From the NCBI RefSeq assembly GCF_006345805.1, contig NC_043005.1:41106001-41170000 (forward strand): a stretch of DNA of 64,000 bases, given 5' to 3'. Shown here one piece after another: positions 12,297 through 25,720 of the stretch; the first letter of the stretch is position 1, and every line of letters begins with the position of its first letter. The translations under genes and the position numbers were made by a program. A model generated the notes under the pieces. That model did no database searches and was not told the DNA's origin. It saw only the letters and a list, made by a program, of their open reading frames with translations. The DNA is from Octopus sinensis. Its lineage: Eukaryota.

Positions 12297-12712
12297 GGTG
12301 CAGGAGTGGCTATGTGGTAAGTAGCTTGCTAACCAACCACATGGTTCTGGGTTCAGTCCCACTGTGTGGCATGTTGGGCAAGTGTCTTCTGCTTTATCCC
12401 CGGGCTGACCAATGCCTTGTGAGTGGATTTGGTAGACGGAAACTGAAAGAAGCCTGTCGTATATATGTATATATATATATGTGTAAGTGTGTGTGTTTGT
12501 GTGTCTGTGTTTGTCCCCCTAGCATTGCTTGACAACCGATGCTGGTGTGTTTACGTCCCCGTCACTTAGTGGTTCGGCAAAAGAGACCGATAAAATAAGT
12601 ACTAGGCTTACAAAGAACAAGTCCCGGGGTCGATTTGTTCGACTAAAGGCGGTGCTCCAGCATGGCCACAGTCAAATGACTGAAACAAGTAAAAGAGTAA
12701 AGTGTAAAAGAG
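12297..12712 (+). mobile_element. tRNA-derived SINE, family A
   Basis: Collinear with 4917-5320. Confidence 0.8.
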
Positions 12713-13482
12713 TATGAAATGCATAAAGAGCTTGTTATGTTGGAAAGTCCTAGTGCATATTGTGAGAGACTCTTGTGCTATATGAATACTACTCAAGAGA
12801 GACTCTTGTACAATATGAATACAGTTACAATGTCTCAGTAACAAAAGAAGACCAAGATAACTGACAGAAGTATCACCACAGGTTTTAGGTTTATATCAGG
12901 TTCCTGTTTGGTTCTATGAATAACAAATGATCCAGTGCCACCTGTTACATAGTTTGGTCATTGGTAACTAAACCAGCACCTCACTAGGTTGCTAAAGACT
13001 AAGCAGAACAAAGACAAATCCTATAAAAGAAATTGATGAATCCCATGTAGAGTCAATGATTATCCAGCATTAGTGTGAGAGGAAACATAGAAATGTTTGA
13101 ATTTGTGGCTGAGCATGCAGTAAAATGACTAGGAGTAACAGACCTCTAGTTCTAGTCAAAACATTCTTCTAGGAAAATGGAAAACTCCAAAATCAAACCT
13201 CATAATCTTGTGAGTTGACTTGTTTGGTTAAAACTAGAAGGAGGAATCCTAATGTATCTAATTACATGTGTACTACGTATGTATTTGACAATGAACACAG
13301 AAAGAAGACAGTACAGGATGGAAAAGTTTTAACAAATGCAGTATTAGTTTAATGCTTAAAAAGAAGGATATCTTGGATATTTTGGATACTGGTGCTTCAT
13401 CAGAGAATATAAAGGAAAGAGAAAAGGTGATGGAAAAATATAAAGACTGGAAAAAGATGGTTACACTTACCTCCATATGTAC

Positions 13483-13513
<31 letters not shown>

Positions 13514-13833
13514 TATATATATTGATAGAAAAATAAATAGATTGATAGATTGGTTGATAGATATACATAGATTGATGCATGCATACATACATACATACAT
13601 ACGTACATACGTACATACATACATACATGCATACATACATACATACATACATCATACATACATACATACATACATACATACATACATACATACATACATA
13701 CATGTATTTGGCTCAAAACGTAAAACCACCTTTCTTTCCTTCCCTGATCATCTGCTAATACTTTACATGTACCACGTCCTCAGGTTGTTGTTTTTTGTGC
13801 TTGTTCTTTGTCTATTTGGATTGACTAAATATA

Positions 13834-13865
<32 letters not shown>

Positions 13866-14401
13866 CTTGCACATAGAAATGAAATATACAAGCACATAAG
13901 CAAAATGTAAATAAATAAATAAGTAAAGAGTACTCAGTACTCCAATCAGAATGAATATTTCATATGTTATTACTTTTCTATTATTACAGCTGGTTACTTT
14001 TCTATTATTTCAAGAAAATTCTATTAACCACACCAAGAACACCAAGTTCCAAAAATGAATTTAAGATTTTTGTGTTAGAGGATATTCAAAATAATGCAAA
14101 AGAAAAAAAAAAAAAACTTTCAATTTTCCTATAAATGACACAGACATAAATATTTCTGATTTCTGTTGTAGTGGAAAGGAAATTAAAGAGGAAAACATTT
14201 ATGTAATAAATGTTATTAAGAATGCCAAAATTTTAGATTTCAAATTAAATAGAAATAAAAAACATAAATTGTTTTTTAAATATACCTCTTCCAGGAACAT
14301 ACCCAGTAATGAAAACACACCAGTGGCCAGTAAACATGGAAAGCATAGCCAATAAAAATTGTTTTAAAGAGTATACAAGGTGGCATCTCAGACTAGTTAC
14401 G

Positions 14402-14823
14402 TTTTATTCTTTTATTCTTTTACTTGTTTCAGTCATTTGACTGCAGCCATGCTGGAGCACCACCTTTAGTTGAGTAAATAGACCCCAGGACTTATTCTTT
14501 GTAAGCCTAGTACTTATTCTATCTGTCTCTTTTGCTGAACCGCTAAGTTACTGGGACATAAACACACCAGCATCGGTTGTCAAGCAATGTTGGGGGGACA
14601 AACACAGACACACAAATGCACACACACACACATATACATATATATATATATATATACATATATACGACGGGCTTCTTTCAGTTTCCATCTACCAAATCCA
14701 CTCACAAGGCTTTGGTTTGCCCAAGGCTATAGTAGAAGACACTTGCGCAAGGCACCACGCAGTGGGACTGAATCCGGAATCATGTGGTTGGTAAGCAAGC
14801 TACTTACCACACAGCCACTCCTG
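14402..14823 (-). mobile_element. tRNA-derived SINE, family A
   Basis: Reverse complement of the family A sequence. Confidence 0.8.
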
Positions 14824-14839
14824 TTAAAATAAGTTTTAA

Positions 14840-15668
14840 CATCATCTCCTTTGAAATAGTCACCCTTGCACAGCTATTCACCGGTCCCAGTGTTCCTGCT
14901 ACTTTTTGAATCTAGTCTGGAAATTGTTTTCCATAAGTAAGTAGTAAACCTTCTGTGATTCACTCTGGATTTCAACAAAGGTGTTAAAATGGAGGCCTTT
15001 GAGCTGCATTTTCATTTTGAGGAAGAGATAGCAGTCTATAGTGCTGAATCTGGCTAACAGGCTGGGTGTAGGAGTGATACCACGTTTTTGGTGAGAAAGT
15101 CATGAGTGAGGAGAGCTCAGTGAAGAACCCAATTCTTTGCGCTCCACAGATCCGATTGTTTTTGCTAAATGTCCTCCTTCAAATGCTTCAAAACATCGCA
15201 GAAGAACTCTTGGTTGACAGTCTGGCTTTAGAGTGATGAATTCTTGATGCACAAAACCATATTACTGGGGGTGATGCTTGTGGCAGGTTTTCCAGATTGC
15301 TCATCACCTTCTAGGGACGTTCTTCCACTTTTGGAGCACCTGTGCCACTAAAAACATTGTGTATGACCCTTTGCCTTGTTGCCATAAGCTTGCCAAAGCA
15401 TGCTCGATGTCTCTGTAGCAGACTTCCTAAGTTTAACACAAAATTTCATGCTGGTTCTTTGTTCCCTATCCATGAGAAAATCACAGACTACAGCATACAC
15501 ATGATCACCAAAACACAAATTTCACAACTTGTGAAGTAAACACAATGATGTTACTTGGCACACTGCATCATGAAGGTTACTGTTAGCCCTCACTGTATAT
15601 GCAACTGTGTGGTGCCATCTGTTGGTATGCTACAGAACTAGTTCGGGAACTTTTTGATACCACCTCAT
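14840..15668 (-). mobile_element. Decayed mariner-type DNA transposon
   Basis: TIR-like TTCGGGAACTTTTTGATACCACCTCATA at 15641-15668. The other end carries the reverse complement of the typical mariner C-terminal ...GDYFKGD sequence. No intact ORF. Confidence 0.55.
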
Positions 15669-15724
15669 AAGTGACATATGTCACATGAAAACAGTATATG
15701 ACATGTGCCACTCACCAAGTAAAA

Positions 15725-16282
15725 TCTATATATATAAAACTGTAGTTGTGTGAGTGTCTGTCCCCTTCGATTTAGATTCCTAACTACTCCCACATTTTGC
15801 GGTGCAGTTTAACCAAATTCGGGTATCTTGTAGTCGTGATTCATATCGAGCCCGTCTGGGTATTAGCGTGCGTCTACGATGAGTCTACGATTTTTAAAAT
15901 AATTTAACATCATTTTTTATTCCATTTTAATGCATAATTTTTCGTGTGTCGATGGCGGCGGAGTTGGCGTCCACGCTCACACCTGTGTTGCTTCTCCCCC
16001 TTCTTCCCTCCTTCGTGAAGCTGTGGGGAAGGGAGTGTAAGGAAATCAACGTTGTAAAGCGTTGCCAAGGAGACCAGCGTTCTTTTAGAACAACGACTTC
16101 ATGACTTGAAGACACCAAAACAGAAAATGTCTACGATGAGTCAACGATTTAAAAAAAATTTGCCATAATTTTTTTTCCATTTTTAATGCATTTTTTTTGC
16201 TATTTTTTGGCTATAACTCTCTAAAAATGCTTATATAGTTATTTCCCTTACAAACCCGAGCAACGCTGGGCGATACTGCTAG
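15725..16282 (+). mobile_element. Non-autonomous Helitron
   Basis: Starts A|TCTATATATATAAAA and ends CTAG|T. Subterminal hairpin CCCGAGCAACGCTGGG at 16255-16270. No TSD. CpG-richer than the flanks. Confidence 0.85.
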
Positions 16283-17587
16283 TTGTACATAAATGAGAAA
16301 CTGACTGATATATGATTACATATCTTGTTAAAATTAGCAGCTATTCTACTTTATTATCATTAAAGAATAATGAAGGAGACACTGGGTGATACAATCCTAG
16401 ATACACTATGTCTTGAAAAAGAAGTGCAGGGTGTTTATAGCTGAAATGTCTTTGATTGTAAGTTTACTCATAGTTTTCCAATAGATAACATGTCTGTTTT
16501 ATAAAATGTAAATTTTTAGATAAGTTTTATTTTATCATTAAAGATTTTATTCTTTGCTGTATGTATTCATATTTTACACTATTCAACTTTCTTTAAGCTC
16601 ATTATACAGTACTTAGAGTACTTAGAGAAAGCATATGGCTTTGTGGTTAGGGGTATTCAGCTCATGATTGTAAGGTTGTGAGTTCGATTCTTGGTGGAGT
16701 GTTGTGTCTTTGAGCAACTCTTTATTTCACATTGCTCTAGTCTGCTCAGTTGGCAAAAGTGAATTGTACTTATAATTGAACGGGCCAGTCATGTCACATT
16801 TTATTTCACAATGAATTGCCTTAAGAACTACATTAAGGGGACACATGTTTGTGGAGTGTTCAGTCACTTGCACATTAATTTCAGACGCAGGCTTTTCTGT
16901 TGATCGGATTAACTGGAAGACTCACTGTTGTAATGTATAGAGGAACATTTATAAATTCACATTTCATTTTGCTTTAATTTTACAGCAACTTAGACAATAT
17001 TTATTTGTATCTATTGCTGAAAATTATATAGAAATTTTGAAAATTAGGTTTCTATATCAATTTAAAACTTCTTTATCATCTTTATATAGAAATATTGAAT
17101 TACAAGGAATTGTTTATTCACAAAAGGTGTATATTAGCAAATCTCTTAAATGTTTACAGGCATATGTTAGAAGACAGCTCATTTTGTCATTTGGGCTTAT
17201 GAGGTTGTCAGGAGAAATAAATCAAAAGGCATATAATGTTAATACTTATTTGAAAGAGGGACAAACTCAGGTTGTTTGCTAATGAAAAGCTCATAGGAGA
17301 ATTGATATGGTTGTACGCAATGAGGATTTTGTACTCGGCGGTTTTATAATTAAAATTTTGATGCTGACCTACAGAACATGATACTGTTTTGAGCCAGTAA
17401 CATGAAAAGTGAAGCGAGATTTTGTATGGTTTAAATAAAAAGGAAAAAAGTGCAAAACCAAACATAAAATACTGTAAAGAATCTGGTGTAGACTTCTTCA
17501 GTTGCATTCAGGAGATAAAACTTAAAAGGAAAAAAAAAACGAGAAACATATTGAGAATGTAAAATAAGAGAGAATGAAAGTCGTTAC

Positions 17588-17738
17588 CAGTGTAAAAGTT
17601 GAATGAATCCAACAGTATTGATTCACAGAACCAGACTTTAGCATATGTGTTCAATAGACGTTTATCATAATCATCAGTCACGCGCCCACCGTACTGTACT
17701 TCTCCAATCATATAACGCACTGTTGTCCAAGAGACACC
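17588..17738 (-). CDS. DNAH5: Dynein heavy chain exon
   Basis: Acceptor atcccccAG, donor CTG|GTAACG; 151 nt, phase 0 to 1. [50 protein letters not shown](G) has the YGGRVTD.YD.R motif. Confidence 0.97.
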
Positions 17739-19383
17739 CTGGGGGATAAAGAAGTAATCAAAGCTCCATTTTGTTACGATAAAAGACAAAGTCTGAAAAA
17801 CATTGATCAATTGATAGGTGAAATGTAGTTAAATACAAATTGTCCAGTAATTGAATGGGATATTAGTTAACAATTTCAATGGTTTATGCATGATAACTGT
17901 TCCTGCACACCTTTCAACAAATATTGATCTCAGTTTAGCAGGGATGCGGTAGGGGAAATGTCTCATTTGCATACATTGCTACACCTATACCAAGACAATT
18001 GTCAAATGACCATTGTTGGCTTATTGATTTTTAGTTTCTTTCACATAGCTCTGTATGCTTCATCCAATATATATATGTTACACGAGTTACACTTTAAAGA
18101 AACATACATGCTCAGCATCCCAATCTCTAAGACTGGAATGTTGAGAATGAGTGTTTTCCAGTGACTTAGTCTGGGACTCAAAGCTTTATTGTCTGAGCAG
18201 TTTTCTAGTCATGCCCAGCCTAATATTTAACACATAAGTGTGGCCCTAATATTTAACACTTAGAATACACAGCCTTCATTTCAAAGAGATTAGAGAGTTT
18301 TCTGGAGGGAAACAAACATGGCTATTATATCTATTTAAGGATCTTCTTCAATGGCTGCTGCGCCATAGAATGGGATTCACATTGTGAGGCACATCATCAT
18401 CATCACCACCACCACCACCACCACCACCACCGCCACCACCACCACCACCACTACCATCCTCACTATCATCCCCACTATCATCATAATCATCACCACCAGC
18501 AGCACCACCACCACCAACAACAACAAAACCATGACCACGACCTCAACCACGACAACCACAATGACGACCACATCATCATCATCATCATCATTTAATGTCC
18601 GTTTTCCATTCTGGCATGGATCAGACAGTATGACCAAAGCTGCCAAGCAGGAGAGCTGCACCAAGCTCCAGTCCGATTTAAGCTTGGTTTCTACAGCTAG
18701 ATGCCCTTCCTAATGCCAACCCTTTACGTTACAAAGTGTTCTGGGTGCCTTATACATGGCACCAGCACATCTATTTTTATTTGGATGTTCACAGGTTTCC
18801 AGCCAACATATTACTTCTACAGCAGTACCTGTCTAAGCTACATAAATAAGATATTTTAATTTGGAAATATCTAGTAGATTCAGTAATTATCATAGTAATC
18901 TAATGACATAGATGCGATGTCTGAGTGTCACAGAAACAAACAAGACCATCAATATCATTACACAGGTATTGACAATGTGACATCTAATACATTATTTTAG
19001 CATTTTTACTAATTGGAAATTTCAATTTTCCAAGTGCCATTGTTTCAAATTACTGTTGCTATGAAGGCAATAACAAATAAAATACACACTCACATACATA
19101 CACATAACACAACACACATTTATGCATGTACACATACTCACATAGACACACAAATATTTATGTCTGCATACGCATTTACATAGACAGAAACAGCTAATGT
19201 TCAGTTATATTTACTAAAATTACAAACGAAATAAACAGATCTTTTTTAGTGTTTTGACTACATGTGTCATGTACACACACAGATACATGCACATAAACAC
19301 ACATTGGGTGAACAATGTGTGCGTGTGTGTATGTGTGAGTAAAAATAGCTACCACAATTATATATATATTTCATCATCATCAT

Positions 19384-19426
<43 letters not shown>

Positions 19427-21145
19427 CGAGTGAGTAGACAAACGAAAGAAGGGAACTCAACACATCTTATTGGGAGTTACATGCATGGATAAAAACAGCT
19501 GGATTCAAATCCTTGGTACTCTGTGTTTCAAGTGTCTTGCTAGTCATTGGAGTTTGAATGGTCAACTCCAATGACCGAAGTCTAGTGACACACTTGAAAC
19601 TCAGAGTACCAAGGAGTTTGAATCAAACTGTTCTGATCCATACATATATATACATAAAGCCCCATTTGAGTGTTCCCACTGCCAGGAGTGCCTGACTGGC
19701 TCCCATGCTGGTGGCACATAAAAAGCACCCACTATACTCTCAGATTGGTTGGCATTAGGAAGGGCATCCAGTTGTTGAAACCTTGCCAAATCAGATTGGA
19801 GCCTGGTGCAGCCTCTTGGCTTGTCAGTTCTCAGTTAAACCATCCAACCCATGCTAGCATGGAAAGCAGACATTAAATGATGATGATGATGATGATGATG
19901 ACAATGATGATATATTAATACATACATAATTTGTGTAGCTATAGTGTTCTATAGTTAGTTATTAGTTGTCTTCTAGTAAGAGTGTATATTAAAGCAGTAT
20001 ACAGCATAATTACTGTTAAAATACTTTCAGTAGTGGACACAAGTAGAACAATCTATCAATTTTGATAGTTTTGATCATGGTTGGTGGTGCTGTAGTAGTT
20101 TTGTATATGTCATTGTTATGATTTTGTTGGCGTTAGTTTGGGCTGTGGTTGGCATTGTGGTGGTGGTCATGGAAGCACGTGGCTTAGTGGTTAGGATGTT
20201 GGACTCATGATTGCAAAATTGTGGTTTCGATTGCTGGACTGGGTGACATGTTGTGTTCTTGAGAAAAACACTTCCTTTCATTTGTTCCGGTCCACCCAAC
20301 TGGCAAAAATGAATAGTTTTGCAATGGACTGGTATCCCATCCATATGGGGAATTTAAATGCCATGAAACCAGGAAATCGGCCTTTATGAGTTGGTATGAC
20401 TTGAGAAAGTAACTTTAACTTTAAGGCGGTGGTAGTGGTGGTGGTTGTGGTTGGTATTTTTGCTTTGGATATGGCTGTGGTTAGTGGTGTTGAGACCTTG
20501 GTAGGTGTTGCTGTGGCTATAATAGGTGTTGCTATGGCACATAAACTTGGATTGTGGTTCTTGTTTATCCCAGGCAGGATCCAACTCAGCAGACCCATGA
20601 TCAAAGAGGTTCCTTCGAGCTCAGTTATGATAATAATAATCTTTTCTGCTATAGGCACAAGACCTCGAATTCGTGGGGAGGGGGATAGTCGACTCAAGTA
20701 CTTAACTGGTACTTAATTTATCAACCCTGAAAGGTTAAAGGCAAAATTGACCTCAGTGGAATTTTAACTCAGAACATTCAACATCTATTTACCACCAGGG
20801 CAAAGAGTGAGGGGGACAATACAAACCAGACCTAAAGCGTAGAGGGTTACATATAATGAAATGATAAAATAAATAAATTAATTAATTAATTAAAAAATAA
20901 GTGTACATGGTATACAATGAAAAGGAAGGGAAATAAACATAGTATACAGAGGTTTAAAATATGGGGTGAGATAATAGAGATGTAGTCCTCCTGATAGAGG
21001 ATGAGCTCTAGAGATAATCAAGAAACCCCACTGTCCAAGACCTTCCAGAACACCAGGGGTAAGTGCCCTCTACAATTCCTTTTTCCCAACTCACAGGTCT
21101 ACATTTAGAGAGGTACTATCCATTCTTGCCAATAATAATAATAAC

Positions 21146-22266
21146 ACCAATGCAGTTCTAGGTAGTGGCTCTCATGGATTCTGATCTTAACTGATTGGTA
21201 GAATTATCATGTATATGATTTGTCTTAGTGTAAAAGATGGGCTACAGCAAATATTCTGCTCAGTACCCTATATTTGCTTGTCAGTTATTTGAGCTACACC
21301 AGTTGAGCATGTCCCTTAATGATTACTGATATATGTGTCTCTGACCATGAGCAGGAGTAGTGGAGGAGCATCATAGCCATATGTTGAGGGGAATTCTTTA
21401 GAGTTTTAATAATTCACCCCTGGAAACATGGATGTTTTGTTCATTTTCCTTCAACAACCTTTATTCAGGGATATTTTGAGCAGCATGGGCTACTTGAGCT
21501 GAAGAAAATTCTAACAGGGTTCCACCTGCATGGTCATTTACTGTTTATCTTGATATAAGATCATCATGTTGCTCGCATTTGGTTGTGATGCATGTGCCTA
21601 ATGCACTCTTATCAGGAGGTAGTCACGATGGGCATATTGGGCTTCATATATTTGTACCCCAGTGTCACTTTGATGGCATGCTCTGCTCTCTCACTCAATA
21701 ATAATAATAATAATAATAATAGTACCAGGCAGTGGCTCTCATGGCTTCTGATCTTAACTGATTGGAAGTGTTATCATGTACATTGTTTTGTCTTGGTATA
21801 AAAGATGGGCTACAGCAAATATTCTGCTCAATACCACAGATTTGCTTGTCAGTTGTTTGACCTTAACCAGTTGAGCATGTCCCTTAGTGGCTGACGATAT
21901 GTGCATCTCTGATCACGAGCAGAAGTAGTGGGGGAGCATCATAGCCATATGTTGAGAGGGATTCTTTGGGGTTTGAATAATTCACCTCTGGAAACATGGG
22001 TGGTTCTTTCAACATCCTTAAACAACCCTTATTCAGGGACCTTTTGAGCGGGATGGGCTACTCAACCTGAAGAAAATTCTAACTGGGCCCCACCTGCAAG
22101 GTCATGTGCTGTTTATCTTGATATGAGATCACCATGTCGCGCACATATGGTTGTGATGCATGTGCCTGGTGTACCTTTATCAGACGGGTAGTCATGATGG
22201 GTATATTGGGCTTTGTATATTTTACCTCAGTGTCACTTTGATGGCATGCACTGCTCTCTCACTCAA
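21146..22266 (-). mobile_element. Two head-to-tail copies (~550 bp) of a non-coding element embedded in (AAT)n tracts
   Basis: Copies at ~21146-21698 (more diverged) and 21721-22266 are collinear. (AAT)n lies at ~21130, 21698-21720 and 22265 onward. Orientation is inferred. Confidence 0.75.
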
Positions 22267-22286
22267 TAATAATAATAATAATGATA

Positions 22287-22378
<92 letters not shown>

Positions 22379-22432
22379 AAGAAGAACAACAACAACAACA
22401 ACAACACCACCACCACCACCACCACCACCAAT
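22265..22432. repeat. Compound trinucleotide microsatellite (AAT)n(AAG)n(AAC)n(CAC)n
   Basis: Directly visible. Confidence 0.95.
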
Positions 22433-22741
22433 AGTATTGTAGCTATGATTATTGAATTCCTCGGTCTTCATTCAGTAGGCTTAGAGTCATTGGCATGTCA
22501 GCCATTGGCAAATTCATCATTTTTTTTTCAGACATAGTGTCTCTATTATATTTGCTTTTTAAAGAAAGTAGTATGTGATTTGAGGGAGATTTGAAATTTG
22601 CTTTTTATTTCCTGCAGGTCAAGCAATTGTTGATTCATGATTGTTATTAATACTGTTGTGCTTATCGTTACTCTGATTATTGCTAGTGTTCTTTTTTGAT
22701 TGCTGATATATTTGTCAGGTACACATAGAAAATAGCCTTAC

Positions 22742-22936
22742 TTTCTTCATGTCAAGATCATCCAGATGGCTTTGTATAAACTGGACTGTGGCACTGAAGT
22801 CAGCTTGGTTAAATTCATAAGGAATGTTCCATCCGATGGGACCAAACTTGCGTCTCTCCTGTACTGTCGTGTGAAGGAATGCAACACTATACAACATTGG
22901 TTTCCACATTGGGAGATTATTGATGTCAAGTTGCTC
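22742..22936 (-). CDS. DNAH5: Dynein heavy chain exon (AAA lid region)
   Basis: Acceptor ttttttaAG, donor AAA|GTAAGG; 195 nt, phase 0 to 0. [65 protein letters not shown]. Confidence 0.97.
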
Positions 22937-23024
22937 CTTAAAAAAAACAAAAAAAAAATTTAAATAATTGCTATTAAATGTAGGAATTGGTGATGAGGAG
23001 AAAACAAAATACATGTGTTATAAA

Positions 23025-23215
23025 TCTTTTATTCCTTTACTTGTTTCAGTCGTTTGACTGTGGCCATGCTGGAGCATTGCCTTGAAGAATTTTGGGGTTT
23101 TTTTTTCAAGCCTGGTACTTACTCTATTGGTTCCTTTTGCTGAACCACTAAGTTATGGGAATATAAACACACCAAGACTGGTTGACAAGCAGTGACATGG
23201 GGACAAACACAGACA

Positions 23216-23301
<86 letters not shown>

Positions 23302-23460
23302 GGGCATCTTTCAGTTTCCATCTACCAAATCCACTCACATGGCTTTGCTCAGCCCAAGCTTATGGTAGAAGACACTCACCCAAGGTGCCATGCAGTGGGT
23401 CTAAACCTGGGAACCATGTAGTTGGAAGCAAACTTCTTACAACACAGCCACACTTGCACC
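23025..23460 (-). mobile_element. tRNA-derived SINE, family A, with expanded internal (CA)n
   Basis: Reverse complement of family A. Further partial copies at ~23500-23665, ~23905-24290 and ~24385-24500. Confidence 0.75.
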
Positions 23461-24792
23461 TTCATATATATATATATATATATACATACATATATATACA
23501 CACACACACATGCGATGGGCTTCTTTGACTTTTCTATCTACCAAATCCAATCACAGGTCTTTGGATGGCCCGAGGTTATAGTAGAGAACACATACCCTAG
23601 GTGTCACACACTAGAGCTGAACCCAGGACTGTGTAGTTGTGAAGCAAATGTCTTACCATACACCCATCATGATTACTTTCTATGTGATCTGGTATCCACA
23701 ATCTTCCAGTGCAATGGAGAGAAAGTGGTTGTCTTGGAAGTAAAGGATATTACAGGGTGTGACACAATGTAAATAATTGTGTGTATGTTTGTGTGTGTGT
23801 GTGTGTGTGTGTTTTTGTGTGTATGAGTGAGAGAGAGAGAAAGAGAGAGAGGAAATGACTGCAGTATTTGACTGATACTATGGGCATACACGTTTTTATC
23901 TTTTATTGTCTGTTATTCTAGACACTGGACTGCAGCCATGCTGGAGCACTGCTTTGAAGGGTTTAGTCAAACACATTAACCCAGTATTTATTTTTTTAAA
24001 GTCTAGTGCTTATTCCATTGGTCTCTTTTGTCCCAAATTATTAAATTATAGGGACATAAGCAAATCAACACAGATCGTCAAACAGGGCAAGGACAGGAGG
24101 GGGGAAACATACTCAAACACAAAACATACACACATACATATACAAGATTCTCTCAGTTTCTATCAACCAAATTCATTCATTAGGCATTCCTGGCTTGGGA
24201 TACTATTGTAGAAGACACTTGCTTAAGGTGCCACACAGTAGGACTGAACCCAAAACGGTATGGTCATAACATGAGCTTCTTAACTACACATCTTTACCTA
24301 TTTTTATTTGATAACAAGATTTCAGATTTGGTGTTATAAGAATTTTACTGAATTGGAAGTGAAAGTGTCATAAACAAATTTGTATTGATGTACCCACTGC
24401 GTGGCACTTTGGGTAGGTGTCTTCTGCTATAGCCCCGAGCCGACCGAAGCTTTGTGATTGAATTCGGCAGGTGGAAGTTACTGCCGTGTGTGTATATGTG
24501 CGTGTAGGTGCTTGTGCCTCTCCCAAAGAGAGAGAGGGTACCAGATGACATAATAGAAATGAGACTGAAAATATATATTGAGCGAAGAATGGTGGTGAAA
24601 GTAGACTGCAGAGAAAATAGTACTGAAACTATGTGAAAACTGTATGCATTGTCACTCTGAAAGTTGATATAAAAGGGAGATTTTAAGAGGCAGAGAATAA
24701 GCATTGATAGAATATATTAAATAAAATCGGGGAATATAGAACAAAAATGGTGTCCATGAAATGAAAATGCTAAAATTAAGTGTTTGCTTTAC

Positions 24793-24957
24793 CTGACTAA
24801 TCCCTGCGTATGTTCTCTTCAAGCTGGCTTTAACTCCTTGGGGAGGTTCATTTGTGAACTTTATCGATGCTTGTAAAAGGTTTATAGGGAATTTTGGATG
24901 TTCTTCAGTTGTTAACCAGCAGCGGAAATTGTCATGCGTGTTTTCCCCGCATGTTAC
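24793..24957 (-). CDS. DNAH5: Dynein heavy chain exon (AAA6)
   Basis: Acceptor ttttaAG, donor CAG|GTAAAG; 165 nt, phase 0 to 0. VTCGENTHDNFRCWLTTEEHPKFPINLLQASIKFTNEPPQGVKASLKRTYAGISQ. Confidence 0.96.
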
Positions 24958-25380
24958 CTTAAAAGAAAGAATAAATAAATAAAAGCCAAATGTATGCATG
25001 TGTATTAATGTGTGTGTAAATATATCCTCCTCCTCCTCCTCACCACCACCACCACCACTACCACCACCACCACCACCACCACCACCACCACCACCACCAC
25101 CACCAGCACTAGCACCACCACCATCATCATCATCAACATCATCATTTAATGTCCATCTTCAATGCATGAATATATGTTCGTATGCATATATATATATATA
25201 TAATTTAATTAGAGGTTGTGTTAACCCTATGAAGGAATGGTTTCATCCAAGGAAATATTGGTTCAATTCTTAGTATTTTTGCTGTTAATAATAAATGAAT
25301 AAATGATTATTAAATTCCCAATCTCAATTTTCTTCTTTCAAATGAATATATATTATATATATAATCAAAATAAGCAACAA

Positions 25381-25412
<32 letters not shown>

Positions 25413-25414
<2 letters not shown>

Positions 25415-25720
25415 GGTAAGGGTAAAGACTCCCTTCGGATTGCATCTGGAAAGTTCCCTTCCACAAGTCTGAGAATATGTGTTTATGGAAGTTACCCATG
25501 CATGCCAGCCTCCCCTCTCCATGTCACCAATGTTATCCAAGGGAAAGGCAAAAGTTGATACAGCTTGGCACCAGTGATGTTGCAACTCATTTCTACAGTT
25601 GTTTGAACTGGAGCGATGTGAAATAAAGTGTCTTGCTCAAGAACACAACACAAACCCAGTCTGGGGATCAAACTCACTACCTCATGGTTGTGAGTCTGAT
25701 ACTGTAACTACTGAGCTACA
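25413..25720 (-). mobile_element. tRNA-headed SINE, family F
   Basis: Shares its 5' head with family E and ends in TTACCCTTACCC. Second copy at ~45268-45595. Confidence 0.65.

Noticed and set aside
18377-18713. Mucin-like poly-Thr or hydrophobic poly-Val ORFs (also 20075-20716, 22160-22537, 24998-25273, 30300-30707, 40289-40486)
   Set aside because: Trinucleotide repeats joined to dispersed repeats, with no splice or domain support.
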